In this document: positions 39,937 through 54,352 of the stretch, piece after piece
Layout: each line of letters opens with the position of its first letter
How positions within the stretch are numbered: the first letter of the stretch is position 1
Assembly: GCA_031431925.1 (NCBI GenBank)
Contig: JANPEL010000118.1
Coordinates: forward strand, 1-56,667
Origin: Gemmatimonadota bacterium
Lineage (GTDB): Bacteria > Gemmatimonadota > Gemmatimonadetes > Gemmatimonadales > GWC2-71-9
DNA: 56,667 bases
Direction: 5' to 3'
Notes under the pieces: generated by a model
What the model was told of the DNA's origin: nothing
What the model saw: the letters and a program-made list of their open reading frames with translations, nothing else
The model's database searches: none
Position numbers and translations under genes: made by a program

Positions 39937-40221
39937 ATGAAAACATCTCTTGACCTTCCCGATGACCTTTACCGCCGGGTGAAGTCGAAGAGCGCTTTGG
40001 AGGGCCTGGCCGTCCGCGAAGTCGCGACGGCGTTGTTCTCGGCATGGGTCGAGGGCCGGGTTTCGACGGACCCGATCGCGGGCCCGCCGATCGCTGCCGG
40101 AGTCGCGGCCGACCCCCGCCAGGAGTGGCTCGCTCGGTGGCGCGGCATCTCGTCCAACGTGTCGAAAGCGGGCGCCGGAACCCCAGGGTTGGTGGATCAA
40201 CTGCACGGCGACCGGCGGTGA
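39937..40221 (+). CDS. RHH-type antitoxin (VapB-like)
   Basis: MKTSLDLPDDLYRRVKSKSALEG. GTGA overlap with the PIN gene. Confidence 0.8.
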   Translation: MKTSLDLPDDLYRRVKSKSALEGLAVREVATALFSAWVEGRVSTDPIAGPPIAAGVAADPRQEWLARWRGISSNVSKAGAGTPGLVDQLHGDRR

Positions 40222-40619
40222 AGGTCACCCTCGATGCGTCGGTGTGGCTCGCCGCGATGGCCGACGACGAGCGGGAGCATGCGCGGTGCGCGGCCCTGGT
40301 CGCCGCCCTGGTCGAAGGCCGGGTGGCGCTCCACCAGCCCGGGCTCTTCCTGATCGAAGTTTGTGCCACCATCGCTCGCCGGACCCGGGACCGGGCCCTC
40401 GCCATGGCGGCCGGTGAGGCGACCCTTGCCATGCCGTTGCTGACGCTCCATCCCCTCGATCACGCCCTCGCGGCGGAGGCGGCCGAGGTGGCGGCGACCT
40501 GGGCGCTCCGGGGCGCGGATGCGGTCTACGTCGCCACGGCCCGTCAGGCCGGCGCGACGTTGGTGACGCTCGACGCCGAGGTGCGCGACCGTGCCGAGTG
40601 GCCAGGGGCCACGTCTTGA
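40218..40619 (+). CDS. vapC: PIN domain toxin (VapC family)
   Basis: VTLDASVW, LIEV, LRGADAVYVATA, LVTLD. Confidence 0.88.
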   Translation: MKVTLDASVWLAAMADDEREHARCAALVAALVEGRVALHQPGLFLIEVCATIARRTRDRALAMAAGEATLAMPLLTLHPLDHALAAEAAEVAATWALRGADAVYVATARQAGATLVTLDAEVRDRAEWPGATS

Positions 40620-40668
40620 CGGGGAATCCCAACGTCCGGCCTGCGTCAGTTAGGCAGATATTTGTCGA

Positions 40669-40708
40669 GTTATCGATTCTTGATAATTTCGCTAATATTG
40701 GTATAACT
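40669..40708 (+). promoter_or_regulatory. AT-rich promoter/operator of the ATPase-kinase operon
   Basis: TTATC-N7-GATAA inverted repeat. Extended -10 TGG-TATAAC at 40699-40707, 10 nt before ATG 40718. Confidence 0.55.
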
Positions 40709-40717
40709 TAAGCCGCA

Positions 40718-41911
40718 ATGAACCCCGTCGAGAACCCCTTCGCCCCGGGCGCCGGAAGCCGGCCGCCTGAATTAGCCGGTCGAGACGAACTTCGCGAAGC
40801 GGTTCGGGTTGCGCTCGAACGGGTCCGCCGTGGCCTTCCAGCCAAGAGCGTCCTGATGGTGGGGCTCCGAGGCGTCGGCAAGACCGTGTTGCTGGACCAG
40901 ATTCGGCAAGACGCGGAATCGGCCGGCATCCACACGATCCGGATCGAAGCCCCGGAACGGCGATCGCTGCCGGCGCTCCTGGCGCCGCAGCTCCGGATCG
41001 CGCTGCTCCGGCTCTCGAAGACCGATCGGGCCCGCGATCTGGCCATTCGGGCCCTTCGCGGGCTGACTGGTTTTGCCCGGGCGCTCAAGGTCAAGTACGA
41101 AGACATCGAGGTCGGGATGGACTACGAGCCCGAACCGGGGCTCGCCGACAACGGCGACTTGGAACACGACCTCCAGGCCCTGCTCGAGGCGGCCGCCGCC
41201 GCCGCCCAGCGCGCGGACACGGCGCTCGCGATCTTCATCGACGAACTCCAGTATGTCGCGGAGGAACAACTCGAGGCGTTGGTCGTGGCACTGCACCGGG
41301 CGGCCCAACGACAGTTGCCAGTGGTCCTGATCGGGGCGGGCCTGCCGCAGCTTCGCGGGCAGATGGGCCGGGCCAAATCCTATGCGGAGCGGCTGTTCGA
41401 CTTTCCGGTGGTCGGGCCCCTCCCTCCGGCCGCGGCGCGGATCGCGATCGAACGGCCAGTGGCGGCCCATGGCGTGGCGTTCACCGAAGCCGCCATTGCC
41501 GCGGTGCTCGACCATACGCAAGGGTATCCGTATTTTCTGCAGGAGTGGGGCAAGCACGCCTGGGATACCGCGTCGGTCTCGCCCATTACGGCCGAAGACG
41601 TCGAGCAAGCCTCGGTCTCGGCGGTCGCGGCGCTGGACGAAAGCTTCTTCCGGGTCCGATTCGATCGGATGACCCCGGCCGAAAAGCGATACTTGCGGGC
41701 CATGGCGGAGTTAGGACCAGGTCCCCACCGGTCGGGTGACATTGCCGAGCGGCTCGGCCGTAAGGTCACGGCCCTCGGCCCGGTCCGGAACAAGCTGATC
41801 GCGAAGGGGATGATCTGGAGTCCCAATCATGGCGACACGGCGTTTACCGTGCCCTTGTTCGATCAGTTCATGAAGCGGATCATTCCCGGCGACGACTGGC
41901 GAGAGCGATGA
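40718..41911 (+). CDS. AAA-type (AAA_16-like) ATP-binding protein with C-terminal winged helix
   Basis: NPFAPGAG..LAGR, Walker A GLRGVGKT, Walker B IFIDELQ, GYPYFLQ, LIAKGMIWSP.HG..FTVPLF. Confidence 0.88.
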   Translation: MNPVENPFAPGAGSRPPELAGRDELREAVRVALERVRRGLPAKSVLMVGLRGVGKTVLLDQIRQDAESAGIHTIRIEAPERRSLPALLAPQLRIALLRLSKTDRARDLAIRALRGLTGFARALKVKYEDIEVGMDYEPEPGLADNGDLEHDLQALLEAAAAAAQRADTALAIFIDELQYVAEEQLEALVVALHRAAQRQLPVVLIGAGLPQLRGQMGRAKSYAERLFDFPVVGPLPPAAARIAIERPVAAHGVAFTEAAIAAVLDHTQGYPYFLQEWGKHAWDTASVSPITAEDVEQASVSAVAALDESFFRVRFDRMTPAEKRYLRAMAELGPGPHRSGDIAERLGRKVTALGPVRNKLIAKGMIWSPNHGDTAFTVPLFDQFMKRIIPGDDWRER

Positions 41912-44558
41912 CCGACACCACGTTGAACCGACTCACGACGGCGCTCAGTGACCGCTACCGGATCGAGCGCGAACTCGGCTCGGGCGGAATGGCCACGGTC
42001 TATCTGGCCGAGGACCAAAAGCACCACCGCCAAGTGGCCATCAAGGTGCTCCGTCCCGACCTCGCCGCCGCCCTCGGCGCCGACCGGTTCACCCAGGAAA
42101 TCGAGATCGCCGCCCGGCTCCAACATCCCCACATTCTCGGCGTCTTCGACTCGGGCAGCGCCGACGGGTTCCTCTACTACGTCATGCCGTACGTGGAAGG
42201 GGAGTCGCTGCGGGAGCGGCTGACCCGCCAGGGCGAGCTCCCGGTGCACGAAGCGGTCCGGCTGCTGGTCGAGATCGCCGACGCGCTCGGTCACGCCCAC
42301 GCCCGGGGCGTGGTCCATCGCGACATCAAACCCGAGAACGTGATGCTCTCGGGCCGCCATGCCCTGGTGATGGACTTCGGCGTGGCCAAGGCCGTGAACG
42401 AAGCGAGCGGGCGAAACCGGCTGACCACCGTCGGCGTGGCGTTAGGCACGCCGGCGTACATGGCGCCGGAACAGGCGAGCGCCGACCCCCATCTCGACCA
42501 CCGGGTCGACATTTACGCGCTGGGCGTCGTCGGATACGAGTTGCTGGCGGGCCGGCCGCCGTTCGTCGGGGCGTCGCCCCAGCAGGTCCTCGCCGCGCAC
42601 GTGACCCAGGCACCCGAGCCGGTGAGCACCCACCGCCCGTCCCTCTCACCGGCGCTGGCGGGCGTCATCATGAAGGCGCTCGAGAAGCGGCCCGCGGATC
42701 GGTGGCAGACGGCGGAGGAGATGGTCGCCCAACTCGAGCCGTTGATGACGCCGAGCGGCGGCATGACGCCGACAGGCACTCGGCCGATCGAGGCGGTAGG
42801 CCGGCCCCGGCGCTGGCCAAGAATCGTGGCGGCTGCCGTGGTGTTAGGCGCTGGCGGCGGGGCGGCTTTCTGGCTTCTGAGTCGTCCGCCCGAGACCGCC
42901 GCGCTGACGTCGAACGGGCAACTCACCCGCCTCGCGGGAAAAGAAGAGTTTCCGGCCATCTCGCCCGACGGGAAGTCGGTGGCGTATCTCGCCTTTGGCC
43001 CGGCCGACAGCGTCGCGCACGTCGAACTCCGGCGCACTGACGGCGGCGATGCGGTCCAGATCGCCGGGGCATCACGGCCGGCCGGCTGGTCGCCCGCGGG
43101 GGACCGGCTCCTCGTGGCCGGTCCGGCCGGCCTTGAGAGTCGCCCCGCCCTCGGTGGCCAAGGGACCCTGATCGATCCGCGGGCCCATTCCGCCTCCTGG
43201 TCTCCGGACGGGAAACAAGTGGCCTATGTCGTCGGCGACTCGCTGTTCATCGGCGGCGTCAACCGCGAAACGCCCCGCCTCGTGACCGGGGGGCTCCAGA
43301 TCCATTCGCCCGCGTGGTCGCCCGACGGGAAGTGGATCGCGTTCGTCTCCGGGAACCTGACCTACTTCGCCAGCTACAACATCGCGCCGAGCCAGATCTG
43401 GCTGGTGCCCGCCGCGGGCGGCACCGCCAGGCCGCTGACCTCGGCCGGCGCCGTGAGCATGAGCCCGACCTGGGCGCCCGACAGCCGGCGCCTGCTGATC
43501 GTCGCGGGGCTCGGCGGCGTCCGCGACGTCTATCAACTCAACCTCACCAGCGGCGGGGAACTGCGGGGACCGCCGGTTCGCATCAGCACCGGTTTGAACC
43601 CGTCCTTGATCTCGCTGTCGGCGGATGGGAAGCAGTTGGCCTACTCGGTCGCGACGTACTATTCGAACCTTTGGAAGATCGAATTACCCCGGACCGGCGT
43701 GGCCTCCACCAGGGGTGCGTTGCCAGTCACCAATGACCGCCAGGTCATCGAGGGCCTCGAGATTTCTCGCGACGGCCGCTGGCTGGTCTTCGATTCCGAT
43801 CGCGAGGGCGTCGCCCAGCTGTTCCGAATGCCGCTCGGTGGGGGCCCGGTCCAGCAGATCACTCGGGACTCGAATCCGTCGTTCAAGCCGTCGATTTCGC
43901 CGGACGGGCGCGAAGTGGTGTATCACACGATCGCGCAGGGTCTCCGGCGGGTGTTCGTGATCGGGATCGACGGGGGGGCGCCGAAACAGCTCTCGCCGGG
44001 AGCGGCGCCGGATGAGCGGAACGGGGTCTGGTCTCCCGACGGCTCGAGCGTGGCGTGGCAGGTGATCGATCGGGGCGGGTCCGGGGTTCAGGTGGCGCGG
44101 CGCGACCCGGCCGGCCGGTGGGGCTCGCCGATAACCGTACCCTTCGTGGGCCAGTTCTTGACCCTCGCCTGGGCGGACCAGGGCACGGCGTTGATCGGCA
44201 TCGATTCCTCCTGGCGGGCGGTCGTTCAGCCGGTGGCCGGCGGGGCAGCGCGGCGGCTCAGCGCGGCCGACCCGTTGAACCTGGTGATCTCGGGCCGGAG
44301 CATCAGTGCCCCGATCACGACGGACGGTACCGTCGCACTACTCACCATTCGCGGGAACGACATCGTCACCCGCCGGGCGGGCATCCTGGCACTTCGCCTC
44401 GCGGACGGCGGCTCGCGTGAAGTCCTCCGCTTCGACGAGCCGGCCCGGCCGCACAGCTTCGCTTCGAACGGCATCGCGGAACACAACGGCTGGCTCTACT
44501 TCACCCTAAGCGATCCCCAGAGCGACATCTGGGTCGCGACGGTCAAAGGGCTCACGAA

Positions 44559-44562
<4 letters not shown>
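41908..44562 (+). CDS. Membrane Ser/Thr kinase with TolB-like (PD40) beta-propeller sensor region
   Basis: Intact kinase motifs (GSGGMA, VAIK, HRDIKPEN, DFG, APE), one TM helix, many (W/I)SPDG repeats. Confidence 0.92.
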
Positions 44563-47170
<2,608 letters not shown>

Positions 47171-47174
<4 letters not shown>

Positions 47175-50100
47175 TCGATATCACATCGAGCCGTCTCGCC
47201 GCTGCCCTCGCCGACCGGTACCGCCTCGAACGCGAACTCGGCGCTGGGGGTATGGCTACGGTGTATCTCGCCCAGGACTTGAAGCATCGTCGGCGGGTGG
47301 CGGTCAAGGTACTGCGCCCCGAGCTCTCGGCCGCACTGGGCGCCGAGCGGTTCCTCCGGGAAATCGAGACTACCGCGAACCTCCGGCATCCCCATATCCT
47401 GCCACTCTACGACTCCGGCGAGTCCGACGGCTTCCTGTTCTATGTCATGCCGCTGGTCGAAGGGGAATCGCTCCGCGACAAGCTCAACCGACTGAAGCAA
47501 CTTCCCGTCGACGATGCCCTCCAGATTGCGCACGAGGTGGCGGACGCGCTGAGTTACGCCCACGAGCGGGGCGTGATCCACCGGGACATCAAGCCGGAGA
47601 ACATTCTGCTGGAAAGCGGCCACGCGGTGGTCGCCGACTTCGGGATCGCCCGGGCGGTGAGCACCTTCGACGGCGGCCGCTTGACCCAGACCGGCCTCGC
47701 CGTCGGCACGCCGGCCTACATGAGCCCCGAACAGGCGTTGGCCGACTCCGCGCTCGACGGCCGGAGCGATCTGTACAGCCTCGGGTGCGTGCTGTTCGAG
47801 ATGCTGGCGGGGGAGGCCCCGTTCAGCGCCGCCACGCCGCAACGCACGATCGCCCGCCGCCTGACGGAGCCGCCACCGGCCGTGGCCGACCTCCGAACCG
47901 ACATCAGCCCAAAGCTGAGCGGGTTGATCCAGCAGGTCCTCGCGGCCGACCCGGCCGATCGCCCCCAGACGACGACCGCGTTCGCCGCACTGCTGGCGGC
48001 CGCCGGTAGCAATGGCCCGCCCTCATCCGACGCTGGCTCGGCGAGTGGGGACGAGAGCTTCCGGGTCGCGGTGCTGCCATTCAAGTACGCGGGCGCCGAT
48101 CCGTCCCTGACGGTACTGGCTGAAGGATTAGCCGAGGAGATCGTGACCGGCCTGTCACGCTTCTCCTACCTCAGGGTGATCTCGCGGAGCGGCAAACCGC
48201 TCGGGGCGCGGTATGTCATGGAAGGAAGCCTTCGCCAGGCAGGAACCAAGCTCCGACTCGCCGTGCAACTCGTCGACGCCGTCTCAGGCGCTCATCTGTG
48301 GGCCGAGAACTACGAACGCACCTTCAGCCCGGACGCGGTCTTCGAGCTTCAGGACGACCTCGTCCCCCGCATCGTCTCGACGGTGGCGGATCAGAACGGG
48401 GTCCTGACTCGCCGGATGAGCGAGGCGCTCCGCAGCAAGAGTGAGGACGCCTTGACCCCGCATGAGGCCCTCCTCCGGGCCTTCAGTTATTTCCAGCGGG
48501 TTACTCCCGAGGAGCACGCCGTCGTCAGACGAACTCTGGAACGCGCGACCCGCGAGGCGCCCGACTACGCCGACTGCTGGGCCATGCTGTCTCTGATGTA
48601 TTCCGTCGAGTTCTCGGACGACTTCAATCTTGGACCCCAACCTCTCGATCGCAGCCTGGCCGCGGCCCAGCGCGCCGTGCACCTCGCCGCGACTCATGCC
48701 CTCGGCCACTACGCGCTGGCCTTCGTCTACTTCCTCCGCAAGGAGACGGTGGCCTTCCGGGCCACGGCGGAAAAGGCCCTCGCCCTCAATCCCATGGATG
48801 GATCGGTCATGGGAATCCTCGGCCTGCTCATCGAGCATGCCGGCGAGTCGGAGCGGGGTTGTCGGATCGTGGAAACCGCCATGCAGCTCAATCCCAACTA
48901 TTCGGCCTTGTTCCGCTGGCCCGCGTTCGTGAATGCGTATGACCAGCGCAAATACGCGGAAGCGCTCGAGCTGGCGGTTCGGATCGACTTGCCCAACTAC
49001 TTCTACGCCTATGCCGCGCGGGCGGCGGTGCTCGGCCAGTTGGGCCAGCTCGAAGCGGCGGACAAGGAGCTCCGGGAATTGCTTGTCCTCCGTCCCGACT
49101 TCGCCACCGCGGCGCGCCGGGAATTCGCCAAGTGGTATGACGCCGAGCGGGTTGACCACCTGATCGAAGGCCTCCGTAAGGCGGGGCTCGACGTGCCGGC
49201 GTTGAAGGGAACCGACTCGCCCTCGTCGGTTGCGATCGCGGTGCTGCCGTTTTCCGACCTGAGCTCCGCCAAGGATCAGGAATACCTCTACGAGGGCATG
49301 GCCGAGGAGATCATGCACGCCTTGGTCCGGATCGACGGAATTCGGGTCGCGTCACGGACCTCGGCCTTCCGCGCCAAGAAGGACAACGCGGATCTTCCGG
49401 CGATCGCGCGGGCCCTGTCCGTCAACCACGTGCTCGAGGGCAGCGTCCGGACCGCGGGGAGCCGGCTTCGGGTCACGGCCCAGCTCACCGACGTCGCGAG
49501 CGGCTACCAACTCTGGTCGGAGCGGTTCGACCGGGAGGCGGACGACATCTTCGCCGTCCAGGACGAAATCGCGGCCGGCGTCGTCGACGCCGTGAAGCTG
49601 CGGCTCGCGCCGGGTCCGCATCCGGTGGCGGCCCGGCCACATGTCCGGAACCTCGAGGCCTACCGCAGCTACCTCATGGGCCGGCACCTCCGGTACGCCA
49701 AGGAAGATCACGGCGGGGCCATCCGCGCTTTCGAAGAGGCCATCCGGCTCGATCCGACCCATGCCCCGTCATGGACCGGCCTCGCGGAAAGCACGATGCT
49801 GGCGGCGGCCTTCGCCGCGATCCCGGCCCGCGAGGCCTGCGCCGCCGCGAGAACAGCTCTGGCCACCGCTGTCGGGCTGGAGGGCGAGACGGCGGACAGC
49901 CTCCACGGCGAGGGCTGGGTGGCGTTGATCGAGCGGCGGTGGCCGGAAATGGAAGTGTCCTGGCGCCGGGCCATCGAACTCCAGCCGACCCATGCGTTGG
50001 CTCTGGGCTCGTTCGGCAGCAGCCTCTGCATGGGGCCGAAGCACGCTGAAGGGCTTCGGTTCTTGGAGCGCGCCCGCGAGGCCGATCCCCTGGCCTCCTT

Positions 50101-50599
50101 TCCCTACATGCTGACCGGGTATGCGATGCTGTGCGGCGGGCGAGCCGAGGAAGCCCAGCGGTATGCCGAGCAGGCACTCTCCTTCGAGAAGGAGGACGCT
50201 TCGGCTCGCCTGCTTCTGGGTGTGGTGCAGGTCATCCTGGGACGATTCGACGAGGGAATCGCGACCGCCGAGGGCCTGGTGGCCGCGACGCGCCGGGCGC
50301 CATTTTTCGTCGGCCTGCTGGGGTGGGCACTGGCAACGGCCGGGCGGAAGGACGATGCGAGGCCCCTCCTCGAGGAGTTGCGCGCTCGACCGGCTGACGC
50401 GCCGACGATCGTCTCCGAGGCCTGGCTGCTTGGGGCGCTCGGAGACCTCGACGCCGCGTTCACAGTGCTCGTCCGGGCGGAGGAGGAGGGGCAACTCTTC
50501 CTTTACTTCCACGGCTGGCCCACCTTCGATCCAATGCGCGAGGACCCGAGGTTTGCGTCGCTGGTGGACCGGCTCGGGCTGTCGGGAGCGGTACGATGA
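47171..50599 (+). CDS. Ser/Thr kinase with two tandem AVLPF (TolB-N-like)/TPR modules
   Basis: GTG start overlapping the previous stop. Kinase motifs, VAVLPFK module plus TPRs, IAVLPFSD module plus TPRs, FDPMREDPRF tail. Confidence 0.9.
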
Positions 50600-50602
50600 G
50601 CG

Positions 50603-50654
50603 GCTCGGTTAGTTGGTTCCAGAGGCCGCCGTAGGATACCAGAACTGATCGAGC
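50603..50654 (+). other. Long bulged RNA hairpin in the intergenic region
   Basis: GCUCGGUUAGUU pairs with AACUGAUCGAGC (12 bp, 2 G-U), then GGU/ACC and UCC/GGA. Confidence 0.55.
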
Positions 50655-50671
50655 GAGGGATGTAGGCCCCA

Positions 50672-53600
50672 ATGTTCCGATCGATGCTGCGGTTCGAACT
50701 CCGCTACCATCTCACCCGGCCGGTGACCTGGTTCTACCTGATCGTGTTCATCGCCCAGGGACTCGTCTTGATGGGCTCCTCCGCCGTCGTGCTCGCCGGC
50801 GGCGGGATGGGCCAGTTGGCCCGAAACGCCCCCTGGGCCATCGGCGGCGGGATGCTGATGATCGCCACGATCGATCAGGTGATCGTGACCGGCATCGTCG
50901 GGACCTCGATTCTCCGCGACTTTCAGTACAAGGCCCACGAACTCGTGTTCACGACGCCGATCAGCCGCGGGGCCTACCTCGGCGGCCGGTTCGCGGCCTC
51001 GTTCGTGGTGATGGTCCTGCTCCATCTCGGCATACCGCTCGGGCTCGCCCTCGGGACGCTGCTGCCCTGGGTCGACCGGTCCGAGTTGCAGGCGTTCTCA
51101 CTGGCGCCGTACCTGGTCCAGTACTTCTTGCTCGTGGTGCCGACGTTGTTCTTCGTGAGTTCGATCTTCTTCGCGGTCGGGGCCTTTACCCGGAGCCAGT
51201 TCGCGATCTACGCCCAGGGCATCGTCCTGGTACTGCTCTGGTTGATTGCCCGGCCGCTCCTCGCGAGCGTCGGCAACCAGCGTCTCGCGGCGCTGATCGA
51301 TCCCTTCGGGGTCCGGGCCTATGAGGTCCTGACCCGCTACTGGACCGTTGCCGAGAAGAGCACCCAGATGATTCCGCTCTCCGGCGTGATGCTCGAGAAC
51401 CGGTTGCTGTGGATCGGCGTCGGGGCGGGATTGCTCGCGTTCACGTACGCGACGTTCCGGTTTCGGAGCGCGCCCCGATTGGTGAGCCGAAAGCCGGTCC
51501 CGCCGGCCGAGGCGTATCGTCCGGTGGCGGCTCTCGCCGCGCCGGCGGCGCGACGGTTCGATGCGGCAGGTTGGCGCGCCCAGGTATTGAGCACCGCCCG
51601 GCTCGCCTTCGCCTCGACGATTCGTGACGTGCCGTTCGTGGTCATCGCGGGGGCCGGGATGCTGATGTTGCTGACCACCTCCCTCAACGTGAACTCGCTG
51701 TACGGAGAGATCACCTGGCCGCTGACCTGGAATCTGCTCGAGGGACTCCAGGGCGGGTTCAGCATTTTCTTCGTCTTGCTGATCACGCTCTCCGCCGGCG
51801 AAGCGGTCTGGCGTGAGCGCCAGATCAAACTCCACTACGTCAGCGACGCGCTCCCGACTCGGACGAGCGTCTCATTCGCCGGCAACTTTCTCGGCCTCGT
51901 TGGGGTCGAGGCGGCGCTGATTCTGATCCTGATGGCAACCGGGATGCTGATCCAGACCGCCGTGGGGTACACCCGGTACGAACCGGGCCTCTATCTCTCC
52001 ATGCTCTTCGGAATCTACCTCCCGCAGATGATCCAGATCACGGCGCTCGCGTTTCTGGTGCACGTGGTGGTCCACCACAAGTACGCCGGCCACGCGGTGA
52101 TGATCCTGCTCTGGGTCGCTCGGATGACCATCACGTCGTTCGGCGTCGAGCATCGGATGCTGATCTACGCCGCCAACAGCTTTCAGTACTCGGATCTGAA
52201 CGGGTTCGGTCCGTATGGGCCAGAACTGGTGCTGACGAGCCTCTACTGGACCGGCGTGGCGCTGTTGCTCGGGGTTCTGGCGTACTGCCTCTGGACCCGC
52301 GGTGCGGAGGATACCTGGCGCGCCAGGCTGGCGGCGGTACCTGGGCGGCTCAACCGGATTACGGTCGGATTCGCCGGGCTCGGCGGGCTCCTCGCGACGG
52401 GAGCCGGCGGGACCATCTTCTACAACACCAACGTGCTCCACCAATATCGGCCGGCACCGGTCCGGCGCGAAGAGCAGGCGCGGTATGAGCGGCTGTTCCG
52501 GCCGCTCAACGACTTGGCCCCGCCACGAATGGTGGCGGAAAATCTCCGGGTGGATCTCGAGCCGGAACGGCGGGCCTTCGAGGTGGCGGGTACCTTCGTC
52601 TACGTGAACCGCGAGGTCCACGCGATCGACTCCGTGCTGGTCACCTTCTACCGGCAAGACGGGCTTCGAATCGATTCCCTCGCTTGGGACCGTCCGGCGG
52701 CACCGATCCAGTCCGATTCGGTCACCTGGACCCGGCTCGACCGGTTCACGACGCCCCTCGCACCGGGTGACACGGTCCGGCTCCGCTACCGAGCCCGGTT
52801 CGAGGCCAAGGGCTTCGCCAACGACGGCCCGGCCACGGCGATCACCGCCAACGGGACCTTTCTCCGGAGAAGCTGGTTCCCGGCGTTAGGCTATCACGCC
52901 TCGCTCGAAGCGGTCGACCCCGACGACCGCCGGAAGGCGGGCCTGCCGCCCCGGACGCCGATGGCGGCCCCCGAAGACACCGCCGCCCTCCGCACCGCGT
53001 ACTTCCTGGGCCGCGATGCCGACTGGATCGACTTCCGGGCGACGGTGAGCACCGCCCCCGATCAGATCGCCGTGGCTCCCGGCGTGTTAGTGCGGGAGTA
53101 TCAAGAGCGCGGGCGTCGGGTATTCGAGTACGCGTCCCCCCGGCCGGTGGCCAACGACTTCGCGATTCTTTCGGCGCGATACGCGGTACTCCGCGGCGAG
53201 CAAGACGGCGTTCGGCTCGAGATCCTTCACCACCCGGGGCATGACTTCAACACGGCCGCCATGATGGCGGCGATGAAGGCCGCCCTTGGGTACTACGGAA
53301 AGAGCTTCGGGCCCTACCCGTTCCAAGAGTTGCGGATCGCCGAGTTCCCGCGGTACGGCCAGTTTGCCCTGGGACAGCCCGGCTTGATCCCGTTTTCGGA
53401 AAGCGCCGGGTTCGTCTTTCGCCCGGCGGCGGGGAACGACAACATCGACCTGGCGTTTTATGTCACCGCCCACGAGGTGGCACACGAATGGTGGGGCCAA
53501 CAAGTGGCCGGGGCCGACGTCCGCGGGACCAAGTGGCTTTCGGAGGGACTGGCCAACTACTCGGCCATTGCCCTGATGGAGGCGCAGGGCGGCATGGCGG

Positions 53601-54352
53601 CGGCTCGGAAGTTCCTCGGCTACGAGCTCGATCGGTATCTCTACGGCCGAAGCTTGGAGAAGGGCCGCGAACTTCCATTGGTCTCGGTCGAGGACCAGCC
53701 GTACATCCAATACAACAAGGGATCGCTGGCGCTCTACGCGTTCAAGGATCTGATCGGCGAGCCGGCCATGAACCAGGCCCTGGCGGGTTTCGTGGCGGCG
53801 TACGGCTTCAAAGGACCGCCGTATCCCACGAGCCGCGATTTGGTGCGCCACCTGACCGCCGTAACGCCCGATTCGGTCCGGTACGCCATTGCAGACCTGT
53901 TCGAGAGCATCACGCTCTGGGACCTCCGGACCGATCGGGCCACCGCCGTCCGCCGAGCGGACGGGAAGTACGAGGTGACGATCCGGGGTGTTGCCCGAAA
54001 GGTCCGGGTCGACAGTCTCGGGATTCAGCACGACGTTCCGATGGCTGATCTGGTGGATGTCGGGGTCTTCGGGGCCGGAAGCGGCGGGGCCCTTGGCGAA
54101 CCGCTCTACCTCGGTAAGGTCTGGATTCGTTCCGGCGAGCCGGTGGTGACGGTTGTGGTGGACCAAGCGCCGGCGCGGGCGGGGATCGATCCCTACGTCA
54201 AGCTGATCGATCGGGACCGGCGCGACAACGTAGTGGCCGTCGCGCCCATCGACGAATCGGTTCAAGCCGAAGGCGGAAACACCCAGAGGGCTGGGCGGCC
54301 GATGTTGCAGTGGACGGCCCGTCCCACCAGCGTGAGGGTCGCCCAGGAATAG
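50672..54352 (+). CDS. ABC-2 type permease fused to M1 aminopeptidase
   Basis: Two multi-TM halves (ELVFTTP, YSDLNGFG), then a gluzincin with HEVAHEWWG, LSEGLANYS, YNKG, GIDPY.KLIDR. Confidence 0.88.
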   Translation: MFRSMLRFELRYHLTRPVTWFYLIVFIAQGLVLMGSSAVVLAGGGMGQLARNAPWAIGGGMLMIATIDQVIVTGIVGTSILRDFQYKAHELVFTTPISRGAYLGGRFAASFVVMVLLHLGIPLGLALGTLLPWVDRSELQAFSLAPYLVQYFLLVVPTLFFVSSIFFAVGAFTRSQFAIYAQGIVLVLLWLIARPLLASVGNQRLAALIDPFGVRAYEVLTRYWTVAEKSTQMIPLSGVMLENRLLWIGVGAGLLAFTYATFRFRSAPRLVSRKPVPPAEAYRPVAALAAPAARRFDAAGWRAQVLSTARLAFASTIRDVPFVVIAGAGMLMLLTTSLNVNSLYGEITWPLTWNLLEGLQGGFSIFFVLLITLSAGEAVWRERQIKLHYVSDALPTRTSVSFAGNFLGLVGVEAALILILMATGMLIQTAVGYTRYEPGLYLSMLFGIYLPQMIQITALAFLVHVVVHHKYAGHAVMILLWVARMTITSFGVEHRMLIYAANSFQYSDLNGFGPYGPELVLTSLYWTGVALLLGVLAYCLWTRGAEDTWRARLAAVPGRLNRITVGFAGLGGLLATGAGGTIFYNTNVLHQYRPAPVRREEQARYERLFRPLNDLAPPRMVAENLRVDLEPERRAFEVAGTFVYVNREVHAIDSVLVTFYRQDGLRIDSLAWDRPAAPIQSDSVTWTRLDRFTTPLAPGDTVRLRYRARFEAKGFANDGPATAITANGTFLRRSWFPALGYHASLEAVDPDDRRKAGLPPRTPMAAPEDTAALRTAYFLGRDADWIDFRATVSTAPDQIAVAPGVLVREYQERGRRVFEYASPRPVANDFAILSARYAVLRGEQDGVRLEILHHPGHDFNTAAMMAAMKAALGYYGKSFGPYPFQELRIAEFPRYGQFALGQPGLIPFSESAGFVFRPAAGNDNIDLAFYVTAHEVAHEWWGQQVAGADVRGTKWLSEGLANYSAIALMEAQGGMAAARKFLGYELDRYLYGRSLEKGRELPLVSVEDQPYIQYNKGSLALYAFKDLIGEPAMNQALAGFVAAYGFKGPPYPTSRDLVRHLTAVTPDSVRYAIADLFESITLWDLRTDRATAVRRADGKYEVTIRGVARKVRVDSLGIQHDVPMADLVDVGVFGAGSGGALGEPLYLGKVWIRSGEPVVTVVVDQAPARAGIDPYVKLIDRDRRDNVVAVAPIDESVQAEGGNTQRAGRPMLQWTARPTSVRVAQE

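Noticed and set aside
40626-40655. attC-like pair TCCCAAC...GTTAGGC after vapC
   Set aside because: Only ~30 bp long, with no L boxes or internal stem, and no integrase in the window.
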